The notes below the pieces were generated by a model that worked only from the letters and a program-made list of their open reading frames with translations, was not told the DNA's origin and ran no database searches. A stretch of 63,011 bases of DNA, filler included, from Dirinaria sp. TL-2023a (Eukaryota), in assembly GCA_051941275.1 (NCBI GenBank). It is 6 parts of 6 records of this genome, joined end to end, with 100 filler letters (N's around TTAATTAATTAA, not from the genome) between each part and the next. Parts side by side here need not be neighbours in the genome. Positions count along the whole stretch, not along the records: positions 10,555 to 20,997 come from JAVEBF010000940.1; positions 21,098 to 31,522 come from JAVEBF010000941.1; 4 more parts are not named here. The stretch is one strand, 5' to 3'. The position numbers and the translations under genes were made by a program. Positions 13,574-25,277 of this stretch are shown in pieces. The number at the start of each line of letters is the position of its first letter. The first letter of the stretch is position 1.

Positions 13574-14051
13574 GTGCTCGTAGAAGATATTGACTGTTAG
13601 ATTCCAACCCAGCGGACCTTGACAGCGAATGCTGATTCAAGTCTGGTGTGTACTGGTGCATAATTGAAGCTGGGTTGGCACGACAGCTACTTGGCTCGCA
13701 ATCTCAAACCCACAACGAAATTTCTCGTAAGCACCACGAGTACATTAGATCAACCGCATCACATGCAGATACCCCAACGTCAATACAGTCACATAATAGT
13801 AAGAAAGAGCTGCTTCAACCACCGACAACAATCAGCATAGACAAATCTTCCTCGCTGAAAGTATAGTCTGATGCGAAGTCTGAGACCTTATAGATGACGA
13901 CCCTCCCCCTCACCCAAAAAACTTCAAGTCAAACCAAACTGACTGTATAGTCAAGGTTGCTGGTAGTAGAGAATGCGTTGATTGGAAAAACGAGCTAATT
14001 TGCCCCCTGCAAAATGCTGTGCGTCAACATGTAAATCTCCGCAAGTATCGT

Positions 14052-14903
14052 CTACTTGACGCCCACGGTCAGGACGGAGTCCACTACAATGGTGGTAGCA
14101 TCGTTATAGCGCTCCCTGAGTACTTTCGCCAACGACCTTTTTGCGTCCTCTTGATCGCCCTGGAAACTTTTCCTAAGTCGATCTGACACTGGATTTTTGG
14201 CGCCGTACCAAAACCCTATGTAAGAATCTGTATTCTCGAACTCGAAAGGCACACTGTAGACCTCGGGATATGTATTTTTGAAGCCTATCTTCCGAAGTGC
14301 ATCTTCGCATTCTTGTGGCGTACACCAAGCGTTGGGATCTGTAAAAGGGGGAGGGAGCCTGTAGTTAGGATCCAGCGCTTGACATGCTTCCTCCCATGCG
14401 ATATTGGGTTCGATCCTGAGACCCCATACCCCCAAGCCCAAAAGGCCGCCAGGGATGAGTACTCTATGCATCTCCCGCAAGACGTCGAGAGGCTTCTTTG
14501 CGAATTGGATCATGAAAGTACTAAATGCGTGGCTGAATGTGTTATCGATACCCATTCCTTCGACATTGTTGAGTTTAGCGGCATCAAGGACTTTGGTAGA
14601 GACATTGGGTCTCTTCTTCGCGTTGATGGCCTCGAGCATGCCGGGAGCAATATCAGTGGCGAGGATATCGATGCCAGGATAAGAGGTTAGTAGGCTATCG
14701 GTAAGACTACCAGTACCAGCTCCGTTGTCCAGGACGTGACAGGAGGCCGTGGACAAGGGCAGCCTATCGTTAGCGAGGATGATTAGACGGTCGGCGGAAT
14801 ACCTGCTCAAGCGGCCCACGCGTTCTGCATAACTAGCTGATGCCGTGCTCCAAGATTTGGCGGAGCTATCGAGAGAGACGTCAGTGGTGTCACTGGCACC
14901 CAT
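14052..14903 (-). CDS. Class I SAM-dependent methyltransferase
   Basis: Motif I VLDNGAGTGSL, ATDIAPGM, LDA, FSHAF..F, LREMHRVLIPGG; likely start MGASDTT at 14903 within the 393-aa ORF. Confidence 0.9.
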   Translation of the reverse strand: MGASDTTDVSLDSSAKSWSTASASYAERVGRLSRYSADRLIILANDRLPLSTASCHVLDNGAGTGSLTDSLLTSYPGIDILATDIAPGMLEAINAKKRPNVSTKVLDAAKLNNVEGMGIDNTFSHAFSTFMIQFAKKPLDVLREMHRVLIPGGLLGLGVWGLRIEPNIAWEEACQALDPNYRLPPPFTDPNAWCTPQECEDALRKIGFKNTYPEVYSVPFEFENTDSYIGFWYGAKNPVSDRLRKSFQGDQEDAKRSLAKVLRERYNDATTIVVDSVLTVGVK

Positions 14904-16774
14904 GGTATCTGTGAGATCTGGAATGGCTAGGGAATGTCGCAGTGTCGGGTGGGGCGATTGCAAGTTCAGAGAGGGGCCGTACAACAATCTCGAAATCCAG
15001 GAACTGGGGGAACGGCATGGGATCGGTACAACAGATGAACGCGAATGCCGAGATGTTACAGGACTCGGATAGTTTATTAAATCATCAAGTTCATCACTTT
15101 CCTTCTTGGTGTTAGTCCAGCAGAAGACCAACATCCACACTCCAATTTTTTGCAGTCTCTCAACTAGATCAAGTCGTGATCCTCTGCTGGTCTGCCCATT
15201 GCTAGGGCTAAAGATCCTTCCAGGTGGATGCATTCGGCATTAGGATTGATGTGGAAGTGATTCAAGAGTTGGTCCAGGCCATCGAGAGAGGCAGGCGAAG
15301 ATCCAGCTGTAAATATAATGCTGAATCGTCATATTCCTATAAAACCCATCAATGCCCTATCTGCAGGCCCCACCCACACTTTCTGGCCCACCCATGCTCT
15401 GAATGCGGCGAGTACTCGGCTTCGAAGCCGTAATTCCCATTATTTGGCGGCCACGGTGTAGGTCGGAAGTCTGTCAGCTTCGCTTTTGGTGAATGAAGGA
15501 GAGATTAGCAGCAGACGCGACGTCAATGTGCTGCCGCGATTTGTACATATTCTGACAACTTAAGAGCGTTTTCAACTTCGAATGGTGACGAGAGATCCTG
15601 CTTCCAAACCATAAGAACAGTCTGATTAAATTTTTGGCGAACGCAAGCCTGCTTAATATAAAACAGCATCCAGTACTTGTAGGGCCAGTAGAGAATTTAG
15701 CATCCTAAGAAGGCGCAATCTAGCATCGTACAAATGCGAGCGTATTCCCTAAGGCTTGCCGTTAACCGCTTCATCCTTCTGCCGCATTGAGATCTTGGCG
15801 CCTAATTTTTCTATGCATTCCGCTATGACTTACACACTTACACAGCCACAATCGATTGAGATATTGAGATTTCTTCTAATTTTCATCCCAATTTTCTAGA
15901 GAACCCCGGGATTCTAGGCGAGACAGACGCCTTTAAACTCTTCCAGGATTAGCGACGGCGCAGAGAACGGGAAGAATATTCTCGAACCGTAAAACCAAAG
16001 GATTCGCTGACGCTCTTATACAAAACGTCCCATTTCTTCCTCTTAGTAACCTTATCTCCTCATTTTACCCCAATCTCACAAAATCTCGTCGCCACATTCC
16101 TCACCGTTAGAAAAGGAAAAAATCCTATCTGTCAAATCTCTCGCTAATCATGCCGTCGCCCGTACATTGATAAGGCATGTCGCATGCAGTCTTTCAGGGC
16201 ACGCGTGTTCCCCGCTTCTTCTAATATGTATTGTCTAAGTCTTCGTACCATTCGTTGATGGATCGATTGTTTCCAGATTCAATTAGCGCCTCGGCTTTTA
16301 TTACTCAGCGCCTTGGCAATTTCTGTACTCCGTACCGAGGTTCTCAAATTCGTACCTGCTTCAGGTACCTTTACCTTTACTTTCTCTTACAGGCTGACAC
16401 TGGTATGATGCACTTTTTCGACGCGAATGGGCATAAAGCGTACTTATACCTTATCTTGCTATGCGTATGCTAAGCTCATAGCAATATCCGCTGAATCACT
16501 GTCGCTTCAACTATAAACTCTGACTGGGTGATCAGTTTCTCGTCAATGCGTTAAAGCTTCAAATTTTTGAGCGGCAAGCAGATGATACGCCGTATCTTAT
16601 GCAACTGCTATTTGCGAAATCACAATAGGCCCACATATAGCACTTGTACATTTCCACAATAGTCATCGCTTTGCCGGACTGGAGTTTATTCTTAGTCTTT
16701 ACCGCACAAGAAGTGAATTGCCTCATCATAGTTCCATGCTATATCATTCCTAGGACTAGCAACTCTGGTCAGAA

Positions 16775-17923
16775 TCATTGTTTTGGAAGGTGTTCCCCTT
16801 CATTCCTAACGTCCAACTCCGCCACCTCCAATCTTGGGGTGACAACCTCTGGCGTCAAGTATTGATCACCGAGTTCAGAGCGGGGCGGCGAGGATCCGAA
16901 CATGTACGTGTGATCTGAAGGCTGTCTCGAGTGCAGAGGAGGCGACTGCAGTGGTGACGTGAACGCTGGGCTAGGCTTTGCATAGCTCGCATACACAAGC
17001 TGGTCTGACAACGGACGGGAAGTCTGCGGCCTGAAGCAATTTGCTGCTTGACGTTGTTGCTGCTTCTTGACTCGACGTCTACGCATCAAAAAAACCACTA
17101 TGCCAACTATAGCAGCAAGCGCTAAAGTCGAACCAGCGACTGCTCCGGCAATGGCACCCCCACTGATGAGTCTCATGTTCTCGGGTGAAGCGGTGGCCGA
17201 CGATCGTACGTGCGTAGACCGCAAACTCGGGATTGAGGTGGTTGACGTCGTTGGCGATAACTCTGAAGAAGTAGCAGAAGCTGTCTGCCCAAATGGTGTA
17301 ATGCCGGGAGTTGTCGTCGTAAGTACCGTTTTATTATACCCGAGTGCGGCAGCACAACCATACCCTTGAGATCCAGAAGCATATCTATATGTGGCGCAGT
17401 AAGGAGCTTGGCCTTCGCTACGATTTATCAGCCTTTTTCTTGACAACAATGGGTCGCCTTACCAGATCAATGCTGCACTATCCAACTGGCAAGCGCCAAT
17501 ACATGATGGGCCGGCCGTATCATAGCAAGTGGTGAAGAGGGCCTCGCAGCCCGCTGCGCCCGTCGAACAGCAGCCGACGAAAGTCGAGGTTGCAGCACAT
17601 GTATATCCTGAGTTACAGGAGACGGTGTTGTCTGTTGGCATTAGCCTCACATCTCTCAAGCTTCACTAGTAAAGCTCCTTTTTGGAGGACCTACTACTGC
17701 TCCCTTCTACCCAACCGCATATTCCGGGGTCTCCGCTCAGTCGCTTTAAGATCTCGGAAGGACTCCTTGAATCCGGCGTTGGACGCAGCTCAGACTCAAC
17801 CTGAGCGGCCCGCAGTCCTGCGAAAGTTGGCGTCGGAAGGAGGCGTTGATAGCCTCTCGTGAGGTCAGCAAATTCAAAGGCGGCTATCAAGATAACCAAA
17901 GAAGATGGACTAAGTTTCGGCAT
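16775..17923 (-). CDS. Single-pass membrane protein with Cys-rich ectodomain and Ser/Thr stalk (Mid2/Wsc-like architecture)
   Basis: Signal peptide MPKLSPSSLVILIAAF; CGWVEG, SCNSGYTC..VGCC...FTTCYD; ISGGAIAGAVAG TM followed by RRRR; C-terminal AELD. Confidence 0.8.
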
Positions 17924-19158
17924 AAGTGGCAGAGATTTGAAGAAGTCACTTAAGACAGAGGTATACTGTTTTCCCACCGGCTTTTCCACTTGAGCGGTCG
18001 TCTTGAATCTTGAGTCTTATTGAAGGGCCCAAGATATTGGTGTGAGGTTAGCTGGCGGACGCAGACCAGTCTGTGGCTCGGCCCTAGTAAGACATGACTA
18101 TTTCGCTGTTGGATTAAACCCAGTTTTCGGAGGTATCAGGCGCTGTAAAAGGTGCAAGGCTGCCTTGAGAGGGAGTTAACTCATAGTTCTGGGGAAGGAA
18201 CATGGTCGGGTGGATGCTTCTCTTAGCTGGGCTATGCCATTGCTTTGCGTGCGAACCAACTGCTACTATCCCAACACCGATTCATGATTGCCAATCACCA
18301 GTCTGGACCTACTCAGCCTCGACCTCAAGGCATTCTACTGGCTACGATAGCGGTATGATGAACGCGGAGTAGAGGCTAGATTTGCCCGGATCAATGATCG
18401 ACCAAGGGAAGTAATCCATGCACCGGACTTTTGCTGCATGAGCGCGAAAATGTCCGGAGCAAACGTCGATCCAGGCTACGGAAGAGGCTTCTGCGATGTT
18501 GTGTGGAATGGCTCCATATGAGATAGACCAATAGGATGTTTGCTGACACTGATAAGGAATTTTGCAGCAGCCAGCACATGAACCACCGCCTCCAGTATTG
18601 ACTCGATCGAGTTTAGCAAGGCTTTTCTCCATTTGAATTTATATGCATAAGAGCGATGCATTCCGCCGCATCCAATCACGCTGAGAATCCGCGACGAACC
18701 ATTTCTTCTCAAATTTCGGGACACCTTAGCGTTCACATTACGTCCCCATCTTAACATATCATCCAATAGAAAAAAATCCCTGTTATCCCTGCATCGCTTT
18801 CGATGAACGCCCCTCTCTTTAGAGCTTTTGGCTGCATTTCTCCGCCACCCGAGACTTTGGGAGAGCTTGCGGAATCGCACGTGTATATCGTTGGAGCTGC
18901 TTTTCATCGGTAATGATAATGCAGCTCTGCTCGGTGTCTGAAGCCGCGATTGCATAGTGATGAAATATAGTTGGGGAACTTGAGCCGCTCTTCTACCTAA
19001 TTGGCGATTTGGGAACGCTAGCCTTTATGTTTTATTAGTCATCATGTCACTCAAATGAGGCTGAGTGCTATACGCTACGCGACATTGGACCAAAAGGCAG
19101 CGGGCCCCTCGAAGCATGTTGAGAATAAACTTAAACGCAGATATTTTGAATAAGCATA

Positions 19159-20652
19159 ATGGTACTGACTGTTGCCTTCGTCATTGTTATCGTCTTAGTA
19201 TCGAAGACGCTTGCTCAGTCGTTGTTGAATGCGACTGCGCATTATTCGCAGCTTTCCGACTTCAATGATGTTCTTCTAAAATTTCCTGACGCTGCGACGA
19301 GTCTCCTGACAAACTTCAGTTCTGGAGACCGAAAGCAAACCATACTTGTACCGAATAATAATGCTTTCGCCAATTATCGACTGCAGAGAGGGGCAGATAT
19401 CAGCAGCCTATCCTCTTCAGATATAGGAAACATCCTAAATTACCACACACTGCAAGGATCACTCTCCTCATCCGACCTCCAAACACCAGAAGGATTAGTC
19501 TCTAACACTGCACTTCAAAACGAGACCTACGATGACAGAGAAGTCCTCAAAAACACCCATGCCAAGTTGTCGCAGGTTGTCTATATTTCATCAAAAAACA
19601 CCAGTGCAGGCACCAAGATAGTGGCCAGACAAGCTGGTGTGCTCTCCAGCGCCGATGTGAAGTCGGGTGAAGGTAACGAAATTACGCTACAGCCCACACC
19701 TGGCAACTGGTCTGGTGGAACTTTTTACATTGTCGACGGGTAAGAATTTCCTGTGCATGCCTTCCCAACATCACTAACGTTCTACAATTATAGCTTCTTG
19801 ACTTTACCTGTCAACCAAACGGATACGATGACAGCACAGGGACTTACCTCGATGGTCCTAGGCTTGAGTCGCACTAATGTCACAGAAGGAACGGTAAGAG
19901 CGGCATAGCTCGCCGGTGTGGTTTGACTGATGATTCAAAGAACGCTGCTAAAGGGCTTACCTGTGTATGCCCTAATAACGAGGCTTTCGCTGCATTCGGC
20001 AACCTTGCCAACACTACCGCCAATTTAAGTGATGGGCCGGCGTCTCTCCTTGCAACATTGACACGGCATGGTCTTACGGGATCGTACTACACCACTAACT
20101 TCACTGATGGCGATTTGATCCAATCTCAGAACGGGTATCCGATACTTGTGACCAAGCGTAACGGCTCGATATTTTTAAACGATGCGCAGATAGTGGGGAC
20201 GAATTATATCGCAAGGACCGGTGCTGTGCATGCTTTGGATCGGGTTTGTATAACTTCTTTCTCCATTAGCCGTTCTGCAATCCCGACTCGTCCTATTATT
20301 TAGTCGAAGTACTAACATTGACACCGGTAAACCCTTCCAGGTTATGGGGTACCTCAATACCACGACCAACGTTACAACCCCTGCAAACGCGACCATATAC
20401 AGCAATACGTCCAATATTCCTAGTCCGACACCCGTCCCTTCTGCAGCACCAACATCTAGTATTGCGAGCGGGGGTTCAATCCCCACAACCCACGCCACAG
20501 CCACTTCTTCTGTGTTAGGGTCACTAGCTGCTTCAGCGACTGGCGCTACTGCCTCACCTACCGGAAAATCTGATGCTTCGTCGAACTCGCCGAGATATTT
20601 CTTCTTGGTACGCTGGTCGTTGCTTACGATTTTGGGGGTGCTCGCCACATAG
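19159..20652 (+). CDS. Fasciclin (two FAS1 domains) cell-surface protein, probably GPI-anchored
   Basis: Signal peptide, TILVPNNNAF, ILNYHTL, YIVDG; second domain TCVCPNNEAF, GAVHALDRV; Ser/Thr tail with a hydrophobic C-terminus. Confidence 0.9.
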
Positions 20653-20997
20653 CCTTCTCATGCTTTAGCCTTTAAACGAGTTAATCTGGAATCACGACAT
20701 GTAACAGTAATCTCTAATACATTTGACCAAGGAAATGAAGGTTATTACTTTGAAGTAACTAGCAGGATAAAGCAGGATGTTCATTGCTTGGAAGGTTCAA
20801 GAGAGTAAATTCATTTCTCCCTGATTGAATGAAATAGCAAATTGCTGATGCTGCCAACAATGATTGGACATTCTCTCAACAGGCACCCTTGAAGAAAAAA
20901 GATGAAGAAAAAATATCTTTTTCGTAAATGAGATTTACTGAACATTTTGACATTCGCGATACGTTACTCGAAAGCAACAAACAACGCCCTCAAGAAG

Positions 20998-21097
20998 NNN
21001 NNNNNNNNNNNNNNNNNNNNNNNNNNNNNNNNNNNNNNNNNTTAATTAATTAANNNNNNNNNNNNNNNNNNNNNNNNNNNNNNNNNNNNNNNNNNNN
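20998..21097. other. Artificial contig spacer
   Basis: 44N-TTAATTAATTAA-44N. Confidence 0.98.
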
Positions 21098-21226
21098 CTT
21101 TTGGAGAAAAAAAAAAAAAAAAAAAAAAAAAAAAACGAGTGAGTTTGTATCATATGCATAGTTATGAGAAAGCCCTATCAATGGATCATGAAATAAACCG
21201 GTTCAAAAATCCTCAACTCCAAAAGG

Positions 21227-21751
21227 CTACCAGAACCCCTTTCCCCTCGTCAAACTCTCCTCCGCCTCCCTCTCGATCTGCGCCCTCACCCACTTCTCCA
21301 TCGCAACACTCATGCTGCCTTCATCCTCCTCCTCCATCTCCGGGCTCTCGCACCCTCTCAGCCCGCAAAACCGTCCAAAGCGGCGCCTCTTGGCCTCCAC
21401 GTCCCTCCTCTCATCGTAGAACAAGCCTTGCGCGGAGACGAGGTCGCTGATCTCTGCCTCCTCGGTTTTTGTCAGAGCGTCCGCGTGCTGGTCCAGGTAG
21501 GAGGGAGCGGAGGGAGCAGCGTGCCACCGCCCGACCACGGGGAGCGGGTACCCAAAGGAGAACTCGGTCGGGGTTCGCTGGTGGTAGTAGTGCGCCAGGG
21601 AGTCGAGTTGCGCGGCTGTGAGCAGGTGGAAGTGCAGTAGCGTGGCGGGGAAGTCCGGGTGTGGGATTCCGGTTGTGATGCTGACGAGCGGAGCTAGAGG
21701 TCGCCGGAGATGGTGGAGGCTCTGTGTGAGGGAGCGTTTGGGGCTGGACAT
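21227..21751 (-). CDS. Conserved fungal hypothetical protein
   Basis: 174-aa GC-rich ORF with motifs PLVSITTGIPHPDFPATLLHFHLLT..QLDSLAHYYHQ and RRRFGRFCGLRGCESP that I recognise from an uncharacterised Pezizomycotina family; an upstream exon is possible. Confidence 0.75.
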   Translation of the reverse strand: MSSPKRSLTQSLHHLRRPLAPLVSITTGIPHPDFPATLLHFHLLTAAQLDSLAHYYHQRTPTEFSFGYPLPVVGRWHAAPSAPSYLDQHADALTKTEEAEISDLVSAQGLFYDERRDVEAKRRRFGRFCGLRGCESPEMEEEDEGSMSVAMEKWVRAQIEREAEESLTRGKGFW

Positions 21752-22438
21752 CCTGCGTATCGGTGATTGGTGGTGTTAGATCTGTTGCCTAGGGAGGTTG
21801 GTATTAGATGTCTGCGACGAAAAGCTTGATGTGTTGGTGCTCACTACTGGACGTTTCCTTCTTTGCACTTGGGATATAGAGTACGACGACCAGCGCCGCG
21901 AGAACGATAGGCTTGATTAGGAAGCGGTGAAATGAGAGTGGTGCAAGGCACAGCGAAGACGACACCGAACGAAGATGGAACTGAGGATGTAGGTAGCAGT
22001 ACGAAGAAGAAAACAAAATGGTAAGAGTTGGGGTTGATTGCTTTCCAAGGTTGATGTTGCTGGTGAATAATGGATTCTATCTTTAGAAAGAGACGATGCT
22101 TTGTTGTAGGTGCAATACCTTTTGTCTCATGGATGCCGATTCCTAGGTGGTGTGCTCTTTGTTTGATCTCCTTATCGTTGTCTAATACACCACATTGACT
22201 AAGCCGTATGAAAATTAGAGCTCATGATCAATCGTACCATCCTGTAAGATCGCAGTATGCAAATAGCAGCAGCTTCATAAAAGTTCCAGTGGGAAGAAGG
22301 TTTATTGAAAAACACAGCACTAGGGGCACAGAAGTTCCAGTTCCTCCGGCGAATGAGCTATCCTTCGAAGTTCAAGTGGGATTCATCATCGTAAAATCAA
22401 ACATCATTATACATACGATATCTCTTACCCATCTACAT

Positions 22439-24890
22439 TCATCTTGCAGGAATATCTTTGGTAAGTTGGTCGTCAGATTGGGCGACCGGCGAACTCTGCA
22501 TCACATAACCCAGCTCTTGATCTTCTTTGTAGGGCGGCAGCCCGACATATTGGTTGATCCAATTGAATACCACGGTATGCCAGAGTAAAGAGTTCTCCTC
22601 GTTCAGCACCCAGTGGTTTTCATCTGGAAATGTGAGGAACCTGGAGTCAACACCTTGCTCTTGCAAGATATTGAAAGCCGCTAACCCTTCACTACAATAC
22701 TCATTAGCTAACACGCACATTGGGTCTCGTGTAAAGAGCAATACCTGATCGGTAATCGGTAGTCTAACTCATTGTGTATAATCAGCTGGGGTGTACTCCA
22801 ATTGCCAGTGAGCCTGGCAGGATCCCATTTCTGCCATACGGCCATGTTATCATAATAAGCGCCACCCATATCATGATTTGGGAAGTACTGCTCGTCACTG
22901 CTCATCTGGTTGGCCATGCTGAAGACACCATCATGGCATACTAGGGCTTTGAACTTTCGGCCCAGATCATTGCCTTGCATCCAATTAATCATATACCCAC
23001 CATAGCTCGCTCCTAAAGCTACAGCGCGATCGGTATCCACGTAAGCCAGATTTTCCTTAATGTAATCGAAGCCATTCACAAGATCTTGATATGGAAGGCC
23101 ACCCCAAGACTCTTGAATCGCGTCGCAGAAGGCTTGTCCGTATCCCGTGCTGCCTGTTGGATTTGGGGTAACAACAACGTAACCTTGTTCGGCGAAAACA
23201 GCAGGGTTCCATCGTGTAGACCACTCGTCGCCCCACGCTGCTTGAGGACCTCCGTGAATCATGTAGGCTAAAGGATATTGGTGACTGGAGTTGAAATCCG
23301 AAGGTTTGATGACCCACGCGTGAACTTTCTGCTTCGCACCTGGGAACCAAATTTCCGAGATCTGATCTTTCGAAAGACTAAATGAGGACCCATCGCGAGA
23401 ATTCGATGAGATTTGTCTGGCTGAGGCAGGATTCGCGGGATCGATGATCGTATAGACGCTGTTATCTACCAAATTGGTACTTGAGACTAGCAGTTCGGAT
23501 GAGTTCGCCGCAAGTGGAAAGGTATTGGAGAGGTAACCACTTTTTGTCACAGGTTCTGGCAATGAGTCAAGATCTGGTGGACTGATGGGCACAGCTAATT
23601 TGAAGAGCAACCCTCTGCCAGACTCTTCAGCTTGCAGCAACAGCATCTTGCCGTCGTTGCTCCATCGGACGCCCCCCGGACTGCGATCCCATAAACCCTT
23701 CCCATCATCCGAGCTCAGAACTTCAACGGTGTCTGAAAGCTTAGAGAGATCGGGGACTAGGATTATACGATTCTTGTCGCTTTCGTAACCATTTTGCTTC
23801 ATTTTCAGATACGCGGCGCTGTTTCCTTCAGGGGAAAATACAGGAGAAGTTGCAGCGCCTTCGAGGCCTTTGACTTGCGCTTTGCGAGGCATCGATGAAG
23901 GTGCCTTAGTGTAGTCTTCTATTGGTACGTAATAGAAATCGCATTTCGTGTTGAAGGCAGGACTAAGGGCAGGGTCCTTTGCAACGAAGATAATGCCGTT
24001 CGTACTGAGGTCAAAGTGATCGGCCCCACCAAAAGGTGCTATTGGACTTTCTAAAGGGGAGCCCTTGAGGGCATTGACAGGTCCGAGCATCTTGTATCTG
24101 CCGTCAAGATCCCGTTGAAGGAGCCCATACCATATTGTATTTCGCTGCGGAGTGACGTATTTGTCCCAATGCCGAACCATAACAGAATCGTACAATTTTC
24201 CAGAGGTATATCGCTTCGGCTCGTCGTCTGGATTGAACATGGACCCATCTTCGGGGCGTACCTTAGCAACAAATGCGAATGCTATCCTTTCCTGATCCAA
24301 AGCCTTCAACTTAATATCTGCTATACTTCCACAGACAGTTGCTGCTGTGTATTCCTTCCCAATTTCGTCCACACTGCCGACTACGATGTCCGTTTTAGTC
24401 TTGCTGGCCTCTTTTCCATTCTCATTCCCTCCGGCTTTCAGCCATATGAGCTCGTTGCCGTCCCCAAGCCAATGAGGATCCCCAGCATGTTCGTCGTTCG
24501 TGATCAGCGTAGACTGACCATTGAATATATTAATTGCACGTATCTCTGAGGTTTTTCTATGTGACTCGAAGCTGTAAGTCGTGACAGTATATAGTGCGAG
24601 GGTCCCTTTGGCATTCGGCACAGCGGCGGAACGACGAGGGGCCGATAGAAGCACCCTTCACAGATCAGCGTGACCTCTTTATATTGGTATCATTTCGCAT
24701 ACTCAGGTGTGAACTTGTCTGCTCCGATACTTATCTCTGCAGACGTGCCCATTGACGCAGTGCTTGAGGTTGTGGGTGACTTGGGGGTCTTAAATAGCGT
24801 TGGCACCTGGGGTAGGAAAGAGTAGTACAGCAATGTCGCAAGACACAGGGTTGATAGTGTAGAAAACGCTATGAGCCTTTTGGAAGACAT
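22439..24890 (-). CDS. dpp5: Dipeptidyl peptidase V (S9 serine peptidase), 3 exons
   Basis: KFTPE|VLLSAPRRS, IHGGPQAAW, GASYGG (catalytic Ser), DYRLPI (Asp), FPDENHW (His). Confidence 0.92.
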
Positions 24891-25277
24891 CTCATTACAT
24901 CAATGGGCGGCTTGCTGCAGGTGAGCTGAGTGGAGGGTTGGCAGCGCTATGTCTATCATTTGGAAGAGTATCTATGTGTGTAGTCGACTGGGGTGTGTAG
25001 CGGCCAGAGTGCTGCTGCCGCAGGAGAGCAATTCTGTCAGGCATCTCTCCAGTGAGCAGCAAAGCATCGTGAAGATAAGCTTATAAGCTCTCAAATGGCC
25101 TGTCTCTCTAATGAAGTCGGTAGAAATAATGGCAATATTTTCATTCTGATATCTACGATAAAATTCATTGCCCGAAGACCACCAATGTCAGGCTTTCCCA
25201 ATCCCAAGACTTTTCTGTAGCCGTGAAAACTAGTACGAGAAGGCAAATTCGAGAATCAAAGCATCAATCTGAGACGC

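Noticed and set aside
14904..15233. 110-aa N-terminal extension of the methyltransferase
   Set aside because: No recognisable domain or targeting signal; the fold starts after the Met at 14903. Cannot be fully excluded.
15224..15433. Small ORF with CPIC...CSEC, a possible zinc ribbon
   Set aside because: GTG start, 69 aa, no other support, and it overlaps the methyltransferase promoter region.
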